NCBI GenBank assembly: GCA_964370165.1
Contig: CAYJIG010000001.1
Coordinates: forward strand, 32,292-96,291
DNA length: 64,000 nucleotides
Direction: 5' to 3'
Source of the DNA: an uncultured Oscillospiraceae bacterium
GTDB taxonomy: Bacteria > Bacillota > Clostridia > Oscillospirales > Ruminococcaceae
In this document: in pieces, positions 37,782 to 47,111 of the stretch
How positions within the stretch are numbered: position 1 is the stretch's first letter
Layout of the letters: each line of letters starts with the position of its first letter
Notes under the pieces: generated by a model
Seen by the model: only the letters and a program-made list of their open reading frames with translations
Database searches by the model: none
Told to the model about the DNA's origin: nothing
Made by a program: the position numbers and the translations under genes

Positions 37782-39686
37782 TTAGAAAATAGAGTACACA
37801 TTGGCTTCGTAAGCACGTAAACCGGAAGAAACTTTACCATAGTTGCTAGCAATTAGATGGTGGTGGGCGCTCAAAGGCCCCGGACGTTTTTGTGCTTCTT
37901 CAGTCAAGTTAATTTCGATATAAAGCTTATCATTGCCAAGTGTTCTGAAATAACAAAATGTGTTTTTCTGGTCGGCGAAAACCGGAGCAAAATCACCGTA
38001 TATCAAGGCGGTATGTTCCTTGCGAAGTGCAATAAGCTTCTTGAAAAAATGATACACAGAGTTTGGGTTCATCATTTCATTTTCGGCGTTTATGGTGGGA
38101 TAGTTTGGGTTTGGCGGCATCCAAGGCTCACCTTTTGTGAATCCGGCGTGGCGGTCACTGGTCCATTGCATGGGTGTTCGGCTATGATCACGAGTGCCCC
38201 AGGCAACAGTTTCCAGCGCGATTTGCTCGCCGGCGGAATCGGCCTCGGAATAAAGTGTTTTAAGCCTTTCAAAGCGATTTTTCGCTTCAACATCCCGTAA
38301 ATCATTCACGGATAAAAACTGTGTATTGGTCATACCAAGTTCTTGTCCTTGATAGATAAAAGGCGTGCCGCGTAAGGTGAATTGCAAAACAGCAAGTAGT
38401 TTTGCTAAGACCATGCGCCAAGCCACATCGCTTTGGATTTTACTTATCATGCGTGGGTTATCGTGATTTTCAAAAAACAATGCCTGCCAGCAGTTGTTTC
38501 CATAGTTTTGTTGCCAGTTCAGGAAATATGGCTTTAAATGGCGCAGGTCATAGTCATAAGGGAACATGCGGCTTTGGCCGGGATTATCAAGATGATCAAA
38601 GTTAAACACCATACTAAGTTCTGCTCGTTCTTCGGCGCTCAGCATGCGGCTCATATTAAGGCCGATACCGGGAGTCTCGCCCACAGTGAACACGTCCTCT
38701 TTTGCCGAAAAAGCTTCCTTGTTCATCTCTTGCAGATGCTGATGCAAATCAGGCCCATAGAAATAATGCTCTATGCCACAAAAACCAAAAGCATCACCGA
38801 TGACAGGGTTGCCATCTTGCAGGCTGTCCTTGGATATGAAATTGATAACATCTAAGCGGAAACCGTCTACACCTTTATCAAGCCACCAGCGGATGGTATC
38901 GTATATCTCATGACGTAGCGCCGGATTATTCCAGTTGAGGTCCATTTGTTTTTTACTGAAAAGATGCAGGGCCCATTCTTCTGTTTGTGAATATTGATTC
39001 CACGCAGACCCTGAAAAGAAACTTTGCCAGTTGTTTGGTGGGTTTCCATTTTGTCCGTTTGCCCAAATGTAGTAGTCTTTTTCAGGACAAGTGGGATCTG
39101 CCAGGGCTTTTTGGAACCATTCATGCTCATCAGATGTGTGGTTCACCACAAGATCCATCATCAGCTTTATGCCGGCTTCATGTAAGGCCTTGACCAGAAA
39201 TCTAAACGAAGCCATGCTGCCAAACTCTTGCAATATTTTCTTATAATTGCGCACATCGTAGCCGTTATCATCGCAAGGGCTGTCATATATGGGCGAAAGC
39301 CACACAACATCTACACCCAAGTCTTTCAGGTAAGGAATGCGACTTTTAATGCCTGCCAAGTCGCCTATTCCGTCGTCGTTGCTATCCATAAAACTGCGGG
39401 GATAAATTTGATAGACCACCGCTTCTTTCCACCATTTAGGATTAATGACCGAGGGAAATTCGGGCGCATGCTGTGGATGATTTTGCAAAATGCGAACAAT
39501 ACCTGCGGCAAGGCCGGGTACTTTTTTTCCTATAATACGGTCGATAGCCGAAAGTTTTAAGCCGGCGATCAACGGATTACGAAGTATTTTTGGGTTTTTA
39601 TCTGCGCTACGCAGCAGCAAAAGTAAGATGTCTTTTCCAACGGGATTACGATACACTTCACGAAGGGTACTTTGCATGGTGATCAT
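37782..39686 (-). CDS. GH13 alpha-glucosidase (oligo-1,6-glucosidase / trehalose-6-phosphate hydrolase type) with an ~84-aa N-terminal extension
   Basis: WWKEAVVYQIYPRSFMDSNDDGIGDL, DLVVNHTSDEH, GFRLDVINF and FFENHDNPR are the GH13 conserved regions I-IV. Confidence 0.9.
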   Translation of the reverse strand: MITMQSTLREVYRNPVGKDILLLLLRSADKNPKILRNPLIAGLKLSAIDRIIGKKVPGLAAGIVRILQNHPQHAPEFPSVINPKWWKEAVVYQIYPRSFMDSNDDGIGDLAGIKSRIPYLKDLGVDVVWLSPIYDSPCDDNGYDVRNYKKILQEFGSMASFRFLVKALHEAGIKLMMDLVVNHTSDEHEWFQKALADPTCPEKDYYIWANGQNGNPPNNWQSFFSGSAWNQYSQTEEWALHLFSKKQMDLNWNNPALRHEIYDTIRWWLDKGVDGFRLDVINFISKDSLQDGNPVIGDAFGFCGIEHYFYGPDLHQHLQEMNKEAFSAKEDVFTVGETPGIGLNMSRMLSAEERAELSMVFNFDHLDNPGQSRMFPYDYDLRHLKPYFLNWQQNYGNNCWQALFFENHDNPRMISKIQSDVAWRMVLAKLLAVLQFTLRGTPFIYQGQELGMTNTQFLSVNDLRDVEAKNRFERLKTLYSEADSAGEQIALETVAWGTRDHSRTPMQWTSDRHAGFTKGEPWMPPNPNYPTINAENEMMNPNSVYHFFKKLIALRKEHTALIYGDFAPVFADQKNTFCYFRTLGNDKLYIEINLTEEAQKRPGPLSAHHHLIASNYGKVSSGLRAYEANVYSIF

Positions 39687-39727
39687 AAAAGCGTCTCCTT
39701 AAAATGATTTGATACTACTTAATAATA

Positions 39728-39762
39728 CAAAAAATCCGAGGACTTGTAAAAAACCCTCGGAT
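39728..39762 (-). terminator. Rho-independent terminator downstream of prs (minus strand)
   Basis: ATCCGAGG (39734-39741) pairs with CCTCGGAT (39754-39761). The A-run at 39729-39734 becomes a T-run on the minus strand. Confidence 0.7.
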
Positions 39763-39774
39763 ATAGTGATATAT

Positions 39775-40959
39775 CTACAGTTGCAAGCCTGCTCTATGCT
39801 TGCTCAGCAAATCTTGCATACGGTCGTTTGGATTCAAGAGATCAGACAAAGAATTGTCATGGTTAATGGTGGCGATAAGTAAAGCAATATATTTAGACAT
39901 GTTGACCTCGGTGAACCAAGGCGCAGATTTAAGATTATGATCAAGATGGGTAAGATTTGTGGCAAAAAGCTGGTCAAAAAGCCCGTCATTATAAGCCTGC
40001 TCGTACACATCGGTGCCACAAGTGAAAAGAGCAAACGTGGTGGCTAAAAATACCCTGCGTGCCTTGCGACGTTTCAGCTCTTTAGCGATGTCCAGTAAAG
40101 ATTCACCGGTAGCAAGAATGTCATCGGCAATAATAACATCTTTGCCTTCTACATTATCGCCAAGGTATTCGTGAGCAACAATAGGATTGCGGCCGCCCAC
40201 AACTTTTGAATAATCACGACGTTTATAAAACAGGCCCATGTCAAGACCCATCATAGAGGCGTAGTAAATGTTTCGTGCAGCGGCACCCTCGTCCGGAGAA
40301 ATCACCATGGTGTGATCTTTATCTATAACCATATCGGGAGCAAAGCGCAAAATAGACTTTAAAATTTGGTATGCCGACTGAACGCTGTCAAAATTGTTTG
40401 TAGGAACAGCATTCTGCACGCGTGGATCATGCGCATCAAATGTAATGATGCTGTCTACACCAAGGTGGTAAAGCTCTTGCAAGGCCACAGCGCAATCAAG
40501 GCTTTCACGGGCAGTGCGACGATGCTGGCGTCCTTCGTATAAGAAAGGCATAATGACATGAATGCGATGAGGCTTGCAACCGGCCGCGCCGATAAGCCGC
40601 TTTAAATCAGCAAAGTGATCGTCCGGGCTCATGGCGGATTCTTTATTATACATAGAATATGTGACATGATAGTTCGTTACATCGCATATTATATACAAAT
40701 CATATCCGCGTACACTTTCTTGAATAATACCCTTACTTTCGCCTGTGCCAAAACGAGGGCAATCGGCTTTTATAAGAAAAGAACTCTTATTATATCCGGG
40801 AAATGAAAGCAGCTGACTGTTTTTGGGCTGGCTACTCCACTCAAGTAAATAATCATTTACCGCCGTGCCTATTTTTTCGCAGCCCTTCATGGGCAAAAGG
40901 GCTAACGGACGAACAGCGCTATACACTGCATCAGATGAAATATTTGATTCTATTACCAC
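39775..40959 (-). CDS. prs: Ribose-phosphate pyrophosphokinase (long form)
   Basis: ITFDAHDPRVQN and the PRPP-binding loop VIIADDILATGESL. 394 aa, which is longer than classical Prs. Confidence 0.8.
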   Translation of the reverse strand: MVIESNISSDAVYSAVRPLALLPMKGCEKIGTAVNDYLLEWSSQPKNSQLLSFPGYNKSSFLIKADCPRFGTGESKGIIQESVRGYDLYIICDVTNYHVTYSMYNKESAMSPDDHFADLKRLIGAAGCKPHRIHVIMPFLYEGRQHRRTARESLDCAVALQELYHLGVDSIITFDAHDPRVQNAVPTNNFDSVQSAYQILKSILRFAPDMVIDKDHTMVISPDEGAAARNIYYASMMGLDMGLFYKRRDYSKVVGGRNPIVAHEYLGDNVEGKDVIIADDILATGESLLDIAKELKRRKARRVFLATTFALFTCGTDVYEQAYNDGLFDQLFATNLTHLDHNLKSAPWFTEVNMSKYIALLIATINHDNSLSDLLNPNDRMQDLLSKHRAGLQL

Positions 40960-41152
40960 GGGATCCTCCTAAATCAATACAATAGAATAATATGAAGTGA
41001 CAATATTAGTATAACAAATTATCAAAGATGGTGGAAGAGAAAAGGAAAAGCTAATATTAACAAAATGAAATTAAAACATGAATTAATTGTAAAATAATGG
41101 ACTATATGCAATGGGATATATTGTGCAGAAGCAGGGTGTCTTAGAAAGTGTA

Positions 41153-42544
41153 TTAATTTGCGATGGCTGTTGCAGAAATAAGCTCATCTTTACAACGGAA
41201 CCGAGTTTTTTTCATGGTGCTGATAATTTGCATGCTGTGTGTATCAATGGTGATGGTGGTACCGGGTGCGGCGGCTGTGCGCACGATGATAGACACAGAC
41301 GAGGCCTGGCCCAGCACACGTTTCATACGAGTGCGCTCGGCAGTTAAAATATTCAAGACGCTCAAAGCTTGATTACGTTTAGACAGCATATCTTTATATG
41401 ATGGGTCGTTCCTGCCTTTGTCGGCTTTGCCTTTATGGATACGCTCGTGTGTGGTGAGATTTTGCTGAGAAGACTGAATATCAATGTTTAAACGATCCAC
41501 TTTCTTGACAATGGTATCATAACGCTGGAAAAATTCACGCTCCAAGCCGGCCGATACGGCAGAGTTTCCAATACCGCCTATGGTGCCGGTGATGACACCG
41601 TTTTTTGCATATAGGTTTGTGCTGTCGATAAGCGCCCTACCACCTATGATGCTAGCCATGCCGTTGCAGCGTGCTTCGCATCCCATCAGATAGTTTGAGT
41701 GGATATTACCCTCTGCTTTAATGTTGCAAGATTCAAACCGAAGGCCCCACACGTGACCTTTTGCTTCAATAGAACCAAAAGTGCCGCCGTCTTGCATTCC
41801 TTTGCATAAAAGCAAATTGTTGCCGGCCTTGATATTGGCGGAAAGTGCACGTCCTGTAACATAAATACTGCCGGTGGCCGATAGCTTAGAATGCGGGGCT
41901 ATATCGCCGTCTACCAGCACGTTACCCTTAAAAGAAAGCTCGCCATCTTCAGGGGTAAGGCCGTTTAATTTCTTAAGTGGTGTAAGAATCAACTGTTCAT
42001 TTACAAAGCTGACGTGAGACAGGCAAGGCGCAATATAATATTTTCCGTCAGAAGAAGGCACAAAACCACTGCCATGCAGTACTTTGTCGGTGGCTTCTGT
42101 GTGCCTGGGATGAATGCTTTCACCTGTGACGGCGATGCCGTTTTGCGGTGGTATACTCGGGGAAATTTCTGCTAAAATATCACCCTCGTTAGCCTCTTTT
42201 AAAAAATATAAGTCATCATAAATAAGTGCACCGTCTCCGGTGGACTTTAGGCCGCTGAAAGGAACATTACTGACCTTTAAACTATAGTCTGCACCCTGTG
42301 CGTCTATGGGCTCTTTACCACGCGCGACTTCAAGCAAAGTATCATACTTTTCACTTGATACAGCTGCTTTTATCATGCCTTCGTCGGCACCATAAACAAC
42401 GCCTTGCGTGGGTAGCCATTCGGTTATTGCCTGCACGGTGTAAGCAGTGCCACTTTGCGGCGGCGTCAGGGAGACCCAAGCACGCATTTTGTCGGGGCTA
42501 AACACAATTTTAGCACCATGTGAAAATATAGACATATCGCCCAT
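41153..42544 (-). CDS. FapA/DUF342-family protein
   Basis: N-terminal VFSPDKMRAWVSLTPP, then a long repetitive beta-helix-like G/N-rich region and a C-terminal coiled coil, as in DUF342. RBS AAGGAGGA lies 5 nt before the ATG. Confidence 0.7.
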   Translation of the reverse strand: MGDMSIFSHGAKIVFSPDKMRAWVSLTPPQSGTAYTVQAITEWLPTQGVVYGADEGMIKAAVSSEKYDTLLEVARGKEPIDAQGADYSLKVSNVPFSGLKSTGDGALIYDDLYFLKEANEGDILAEISPSIPPQNGIAVTGESIHPRHTEATDKVLHGSGFVPSSDGKYYIAPCLSHVSFVNEQLILTPLKKLNGLTPEDGELSFKGNVLVDGDIAPHSKLSATGSIYVTGRALSANIKAGNNLLLCKGMQDGGTFGSIEAKGHVWGLRFESCNIKAEGNIHSNYLMGCEARCNGMASIIGGRALIDSTNLYAKNGVITGTIGGIGNSAVSAGLEREFFQRYDTIVKKVDRLNIDIQSSQQNLTTHERIHKGKADKGRNDPSYKDMLSKRNQALSVLNILTAERTRMKRVLGQASSVSIIVRTAAAPGTTITIDTHSMQIISTMKKTRFRCKDELISATAIAN

Positions 42545-42795
42545 TAGTTTCCTCCTTGCAGGATGCAGAAAGCGGCATCCGAATCACATACGAAAAACTC
42601 AGCAAAATAAATAAAGAATACCAGCTGTGAATATGATTGTTTAATATCAATATTTTGCATGGTTGGAAGTCTGTGAGTGCTTTTAAATAAGAATTAATTG
42701 TGGAAAATCTGTGCCGAACAAGATACACCTACTATACCATATGTTTGTGCAGTTTGTATACTATATATGAATAAATTAATCACATTAATATTCTA

Positions 42796-42824
42796 TTGAC
42801 AATTATGGCGCATAATGGTATATT
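42796..42824 (+). promoter_or_regulatory. Promoter of the thrS T-box leader
   Basis: TTGACA (42796-42801), 17-nt spacer, TATATT (42819-42824). Confidence 0.7.
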
Positions 42825-42844
42825 TAAACCGAAATACGACAAGA

Positions 42845-43078
42845 TAAAAAAGCGGACAAGAACTTGTAAAATAAGGGCTTTAAAGAGAGGTGTGCAGTGC
42901 TGTGAGCACACTAGGCCCTATGCCGGTTTACCACCGCTTTATCGCAAAGGCGAACCTTTGCCGGGTGTGCCCGTTACAGCATAAATAGTGGTGCATCAGT
43001 GTATGCGATGTACAAACCGGGTGGAACCGTGGGATTTCTCACCCCGGCCTTAGGGTCGGGGTGTTTTGATTTTTATAT
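42845..43078 (+). promoter_or_regulatory. T-box leader (threonine-specific) with terminator/antiterminator
   Basis: AGAGA box (about 42884-42888). Stem I closes with AAGCGG...CCGCTT. Candidate specifier is ACC (42930-42932, with a second ACC at 42933-42935). T-box sequence is AAACCGGGTGGAACCGTGGG (43014-43033). Terminator stem CACCCCG/CGGGGTG is followed by TTTTGATTTTT (43039-43075). Lies directly upstream of thrS. Confidence 0.9.
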
Positions 43079-43118
43079 ACGTAAAATAACAAATTAGTGA
43101 TTAATAATGGAGGACAAA

Positions 43119-45023
43119 ATGATAAATATTACGCTAAAAGACGGTACTGTAAGGCAAGTGCCTGCGGGCACAACAGTGCTGGACGTGACACGTACTTTAG
43201 GCCAAAAGCTGGCAAAAGCTGCATGTTCGGGAAGAATTGACGGCGAGTTATGTGATTTGCGAGCTGAGATAAACGCTGATTGTACGCTGGAAATTTGTAC
43301 ATTTGATGACGCCGATGGAAAACATGCTTTTTGGCATTCGGCAAGCCATGTTTTGGCGCAAGCAGTGCTTAGGCTATATCCCGGTGCAAAGTTTGCCATT
43401 GGCCCGGCTATAGACAACGGGTTTTACTATGACTTTGATATCCAGCCGGCGCTAACCACTGAAGATCTTGAAAAAATTGAAGCCGAGATGAAAAAGATTG
43501 TGAAAGAGGCTTTGGCGATTGAGCGCAAAGAAGTATCTCCAAACGAGGCAAGAGAGATATTTAAAGACCAGCCATATAAGCTGGAACTGATGCAAAAACA
43601 TGCGGATGCCGGACAGCAGATAAGCCTATATAGCCAAGGCGAGTTTGTGGATTTATGTGCGGGACCACATATGATGAATACATCGCAGTTAAAGGCAATT
43701 AAACTGACCAGCGCTACCGGCGCATATTGGCATGGTGACGCGAAACTTGCCATGCTATCACGTGTGTATGGCACAGCGTATCCAAAACAAGCCGAGCTGG
43801 ATGCGTATTTAGTTATGCTGGAAGAAGCCAAAAAACGTGATCATCGCCGTCTGGGCAAAGAGCTGGGTTTATTTGCGATGATGGAAGAGGGTCCGGGCTT
43901 TCCGTTCTTTTTACCAAACGGGATGATTGTGCGTAAAGAGCTGATGCGCTACTGGGACGAAGCACATAAAAACGCAGGATATACCGAAATATCCACCCCG
44001 ATTATTCTGAACCAAAACTTGTGGCTACGCAGCGGACACTGGGATCATTACAAAGATAATATGTATACCACTGAAATAGACGAAACACCGTTTGCGGTGA
44101 AACCTATGAACTGTCCCGGCGGCATGCTTGTGTATAAAAACAGCCTACATTCATATAGAGAGCTGCCCATTCGTATGGCAGAGCTCGGTCTTGTGCATCG
44201 TCACGAGATGTCAGGTGCGTTGCATGGGCTAATGCGTGTGCGTGCATTTACCCAAGATGATGCGCATATTTTCATGACGAAAGATCAAATAAAAGACGAA
44301 GTAAAAGGCGTCATGGATTTAGTCGATGAAGTGTATTCGAAATTCGGATTTTCGTATCATATCGAATTGTCTACCATGCCGGAGGATCACATGGGCGACG
44401 AAAGTGTGTGGGAATTTGCCACAGATGCCTTGCGTGAGTCCATTGAAGAGTCCGGTCGTACATATACGTTGAATGAAGGCGACGGTGCATTTTATGGCCC
44501 GAAACTGGACTTTCATTTGCATGATGCCATCGGTCGTACATGGCAGTGTGCTACAATTCAGCTGGACTTCCAAATGCCGGAAAGGTTTGATCTTGAATAT
44601 GTCGGCGAAGATGGCGAGCGTCATCGTCCTGTGATGATTCACCGCACAGTTTTAGGGTCGATTGAACGCTTTATCGGAATTTTGATCGAGCATTTTGCCG
44701 GGGCATTCCCAACATGGCTGGCGCCGGTGCAGGTGCTTTTAGTGCCCATTAGCGAGGCACATCACGACTATGTACGCAAAGTGCAAGCGCAGCTGGAAGA
44801 AAAAGGTATCCGCGTAGAAGGTGACTATCGCAACGAAAAAATGAACTATAAAATTCGTGAAGGCCAGCTGAAACGTATACCGTATATGCTGGTTATGGGT
44901 GACAAAGAGATGGAAGCAGGCACCGTGGCAGTTCGTGCACGTAAAGAAGGTGCAGGCGGCGTGAAACCGGTAGAAGATTTCATCACCGCAACAGTGGAAG
45001 AAATAAATGCACGCAACCTATAA
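43119..45023 (+). CDS. thrS: Threonine--tRNA ligase
   Basis: TGS domain (INITLKDG), editing-domain HSASHVLA, and class II motifs (FRHEMSGALHGLMRVRAFTQDDAHIF). GGAGG lies 5 nt before ATG 43119. Confidence 0.97.
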   Translation: MINITLKDGTVRQVPAGTTVLDVTRTLGQKLAKAACSGRIDGELCDLRAEINADCTLEICTFDDADGKHAFWHSASHVLAQAVLRLYPGAKFAIGPAIDNGFYYDFDIQPALTTEDLEKIEAEMKKIVKEALAIERKEVSPNEAREIFKDQPYKLELMQKHADAGQQISLYSQGEFVDLCAGPHMMNTSQLKAIKLTSATGAYWHGDAKLAMLSRVYGTAYPKQAELDAYLVMLEEAKKRDHRRLGKELGLFAMMEEGPGFPFFLPNGMIVRKELMRYWDEAHKNAGYTEISTPIILNQNLWLRSGHWDHYKDNMYTTEIDETPFAVKPMNCPGGMLVYKNSLHSYRELPIRMAELGLVHRHEMSGALHGLMRVRAFTQDDAHIFMTKDQIKDEVKGVMDLVDEVYSKFGFSYHIELSTMPEDHMGDESVWEFATDALRESIEESGRTYTLNEGDGAFYGPKLDFHLHDAIGRTWQCATIQLDFQMPERFDLEYVGEDGERHRPVMIHRTVLGSIERFIGILIEHFAGAFPTWLAPVQVLLVPISEAHHDYVRKVQAQLEEKGIRVEGDYRNEKMNYKIREGQLKRIPYMLVMGDKEMEAGTVAVRARKEGAGGVKPVEDFITATVEEINARNL

Positions 45024-45042
45024 ATAATATAGTTACTTTTAA

Positions 45043-45078
45043 AACATCCCCGCCTATAATCGGCAGGGATGTTTTTTA
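45043..45078 (+). terminator. Rho-independent terminator after thrS
   Basis: ACATCCCCGCC pairs with GGCAGGGATGT (one mismatch), followed by TTTTTT. Confidence 0.75.
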
Positions 45079-45120
45079 TGCTGAAAAAATAAAAACCGCT
45101 TGACAAATGATATGTGCATA

Positions 45121-45141
45121 GTGTATATATAGTATATACAC
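45121..45141. promoter_or_regulatory. Perfect inverted repeat, candidate GntR autoregulatory operator
   Basis: GTGTATATA-tag-TATATACAC has 9-bp perfect arms and lies 21 nt upstream of the GntR start codon. Confidence 0.55.
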
Positions 45142-45161
45142 ACTATATAGGAAGTGATGCA

Positions 45162-45545
45162 ATGAATATAATTATATCAAATGCAAGCAATCAGCCGATT
45201 TACGAGCAAATTTACAATCAGCTGAAAAATAGTATTATTATGGGCGATTTGCAAGAAGAGGATTTGCTGCCCTCTATTCGCAACTTGGCCAAGGATTTGA
45301 AGATAAGCGTAATCACCACAAAGCGCGCATATGAAGAGCTGGAACGGGATGGGTATATTTATTCTGTGCCGGGTAAAGGCTCGTATGTAGCCAAGAAAAA
45401 TACAGAACTGATAAAAGAGTGCTACCTAAAAGAAATTGAAGATTTGATGCAAAAAATTTATGATTTATCGACGATATGTGAAATATCTGACGAAGAATTA
45501 TTTGAAATGTTTGCTTTGCAAAAAAGAGAGGAAGAAAAGCAATGA
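45162..45545 (+). CDS. GntR-family transcriptional regulator (short, YtrA-like)
   Basis: PIYEQIYNQLKNSIIMGDLQEEDLLPSIRNLAKDLKISVITTKRAYEELERDGYIYSVPGKGSYV is a GntR wHTH. 127 aa with a short helical C-terminus. The stop overlaps the next start (ATGA). Confidence 0.9.
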   Translation: MNIIISNASNQPIYEQIYNQLKNSIIMGDLQEEDLLPSIRNLAKDLKISVITTKRAYEELERDGYIYSVPGKGSYVAKKNTELIKECYLKEIEDLMQKIYDLSTICEISDEELFEMFALQKREEEKQ

Positions 45546-46384
45546 ATGCCATAGAAATAAAAAATGTCAGCAAAAAATATTCAGGGTTTCATCTTGATAA
45601 TATAAGTTTTCAGCTGCCAAAAGGTTATATTATGGGCTTGGTGGGAGAGAATGGCGCAGGAAAAAGCACAGCCATAAAGCTGATAATGAATGCTATAAAG
45701 GCCGATAGTGGAACTATAAATGTGATGGGCGAAAAAAACACTGCGCCTGGTTTTGTGAATATAAAGCAAGATATTGGTGTGGTGCTGGATGAAACGGGTT
45801 TTCCTGAGTTATTATCTGCACACGATATAGAAAAAGTGATGGGAAAAATATATACAAACTGGGATAAAGATGTGTTTTATGCACACTTGCAAAAGATGAG
45901 TGTTCCGCCGAAACAGGTGTTTAAAACATTGTCACGTGGAATGAAAATGAAACTTGCTATTGCGGTGGCGTTGTCTCACAAGGCAAAGCTTTTGGTTTTG
46001 GACGAGGCTACGAGCGGGCTTGACCCTATGGTGAGAAACGAGCTGTTAGATGTGCTTAGTGAATTTACTCGCGACGAAAATAATTCGATACTATTGTCTT
46101 CGCATATAGTAAGCGATCTTGAAAAAATATGTGATTATATTGCATTTTTACATAAAGGAAAACTGATTTTGTGTGAAGAAAAAGACGTACTAATGGAAAA
46201 ATATACCATGCTGAAACTTACAGATGAAGACATTGAAGTGTTGGCCGAAGAAGCTATAGTGCGAAAAAGAAAGACGGCATATGGCTGGGATGTATTGGCT
46301 ATCAAAGAAGAAGTGCCCGGTGTTTTTCAAAAAGAATATATCACACTTGAAGATATCATTATATTTTTGTCAAAGGAGGCATAA
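45542..46384 (+). CDS. ABC transporter ATP-binding protein
   Basis: Walker A GENGAGKST, signature LSRGMKMK, Walker B LLVLDEATSGLD. Confidence 0.9.
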   Translation: MNAIEIKNVSKKYSGFHLDNISFQLPKGYIMGLVGENGAGKSTAIKLIMNAIKADSGTINVMGEKNTAPGFVNIKQDIGVVLDETGFPELLSAHDIEKVMGKIYTNWDKDVFYAHLQKMSVPPKQVFKTLSRGMKMKLAIAVALSHKAKLLVLDEATSGLDPMVRNELLDVLSEFTRDENNSILLSSHIVSDLEKICDYIAFLHKGKLILCEEKDVLMEKYTMLKLTDEDIEVLAEEAIVRKRKTAYGWDVLAIKEEVPGVFQKEYITLEDIIIFLSKEA

Positions 46385-46386
46385 CA

Positions 46387-47007
46387 GTGAAAGGTTTATT
46401 GTTTAAGGACTTCATCATGATTGTAAGACAAATGAAAACATTCTTGATTTTAATACTGATTTTTATGATTTTTAGTCGAAATATGAGCACCGTGATTATT
46501 ATGGCACTTAGTGTTCTTGTTCCGATTTCAGCTTTTGCGTATGATGAACGTGCAAGATGGGATGATTTTTGTGTTATGCTACCGATTTCGAGTAAAGAAA
46601 TTGTGCAAAGTAAGTATATGCTGGCTGCAATTTCAGCCATAGCAGTGAACGGAATTTCGGCGGTATTACAAGTTATGCTTGGTAGCGTAGAAGTGGACTT
46701 GGCAACAAGGCTATTGCCGGTTGGTGTGGCTTTTTGTGCATCTGTATTTGTGATATCAATTTATATACCATGTATTATAAAATTTGGTAGCGAAAAAGCA
46801 AGGATATTTTTATTTGTTTTAATTGCCGGAATATCTGTGCTGGTAGGCTCGATACCAAATATCGTACTTGATGGGAGCATGGATATCAGCCTAATCAATG
46901 GAAATATAATCTGGCTAAGCGTATTAGCCGGGCTCGCACTTTCTCCGATAATAATATTAATATCACAAAAAGTATCTGTGAAGGTTTACGAAAAAAAGTA
47001 TGAGTAG
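46387..47007 (+). CDS. ABC-2-type membrane protein (permease partner of the YtrA-like module)
   Basis: 206 aa with about 6 TM helices. GTG start 2 nt after the ATPase stop. Confidence 0.7.
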   Translation: MKGLLFKDFIMIVRQMKTFLILILIFMIFSRNMSTVIIMALSVLVPISAFAYDERARWDDFCVMLPISSKEIVQSKYMLAAISAIAVNGISAVLQVMLGSVEVDLATRLLPVGVAFCASVFVISIYIPCIIKFGSEKARIFLFVLIAGISVLVGSIPNIVLDGSMDISLINGNIIWLSVLAGLALSPIIILISQKVSVKVYEKKYE

Positions 47008-47023
47008 TATATAAATTGGCGTA

Positions 47024-47090
47024 CAAGCAAGCTTTATTGAAGATGTATCTTGTGGGTGCATCCGATGAATATAAGCTTGCTTTTTTATTT
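47024..47090. terminator. Hairpin terminator between convergent genes
   Basis: AAGCAAGCTT (47025-47034) pairs with AAGCTTGCTT (47073-47082) around a structured loop, followed by TTTTTTATTT. Confidence 0.6.
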
Positions 47091-47111
47091 GCGATAAGTA
47101 AAAAGTGAAAA

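Noticed and set aside
42796-42984. 62-aa ORF upstream of thrS
   Set aside because: It starts at the TTG of the -35 hexamer and runs through Stem I of the T-box leader. The region is explained as a regulatory RNA.
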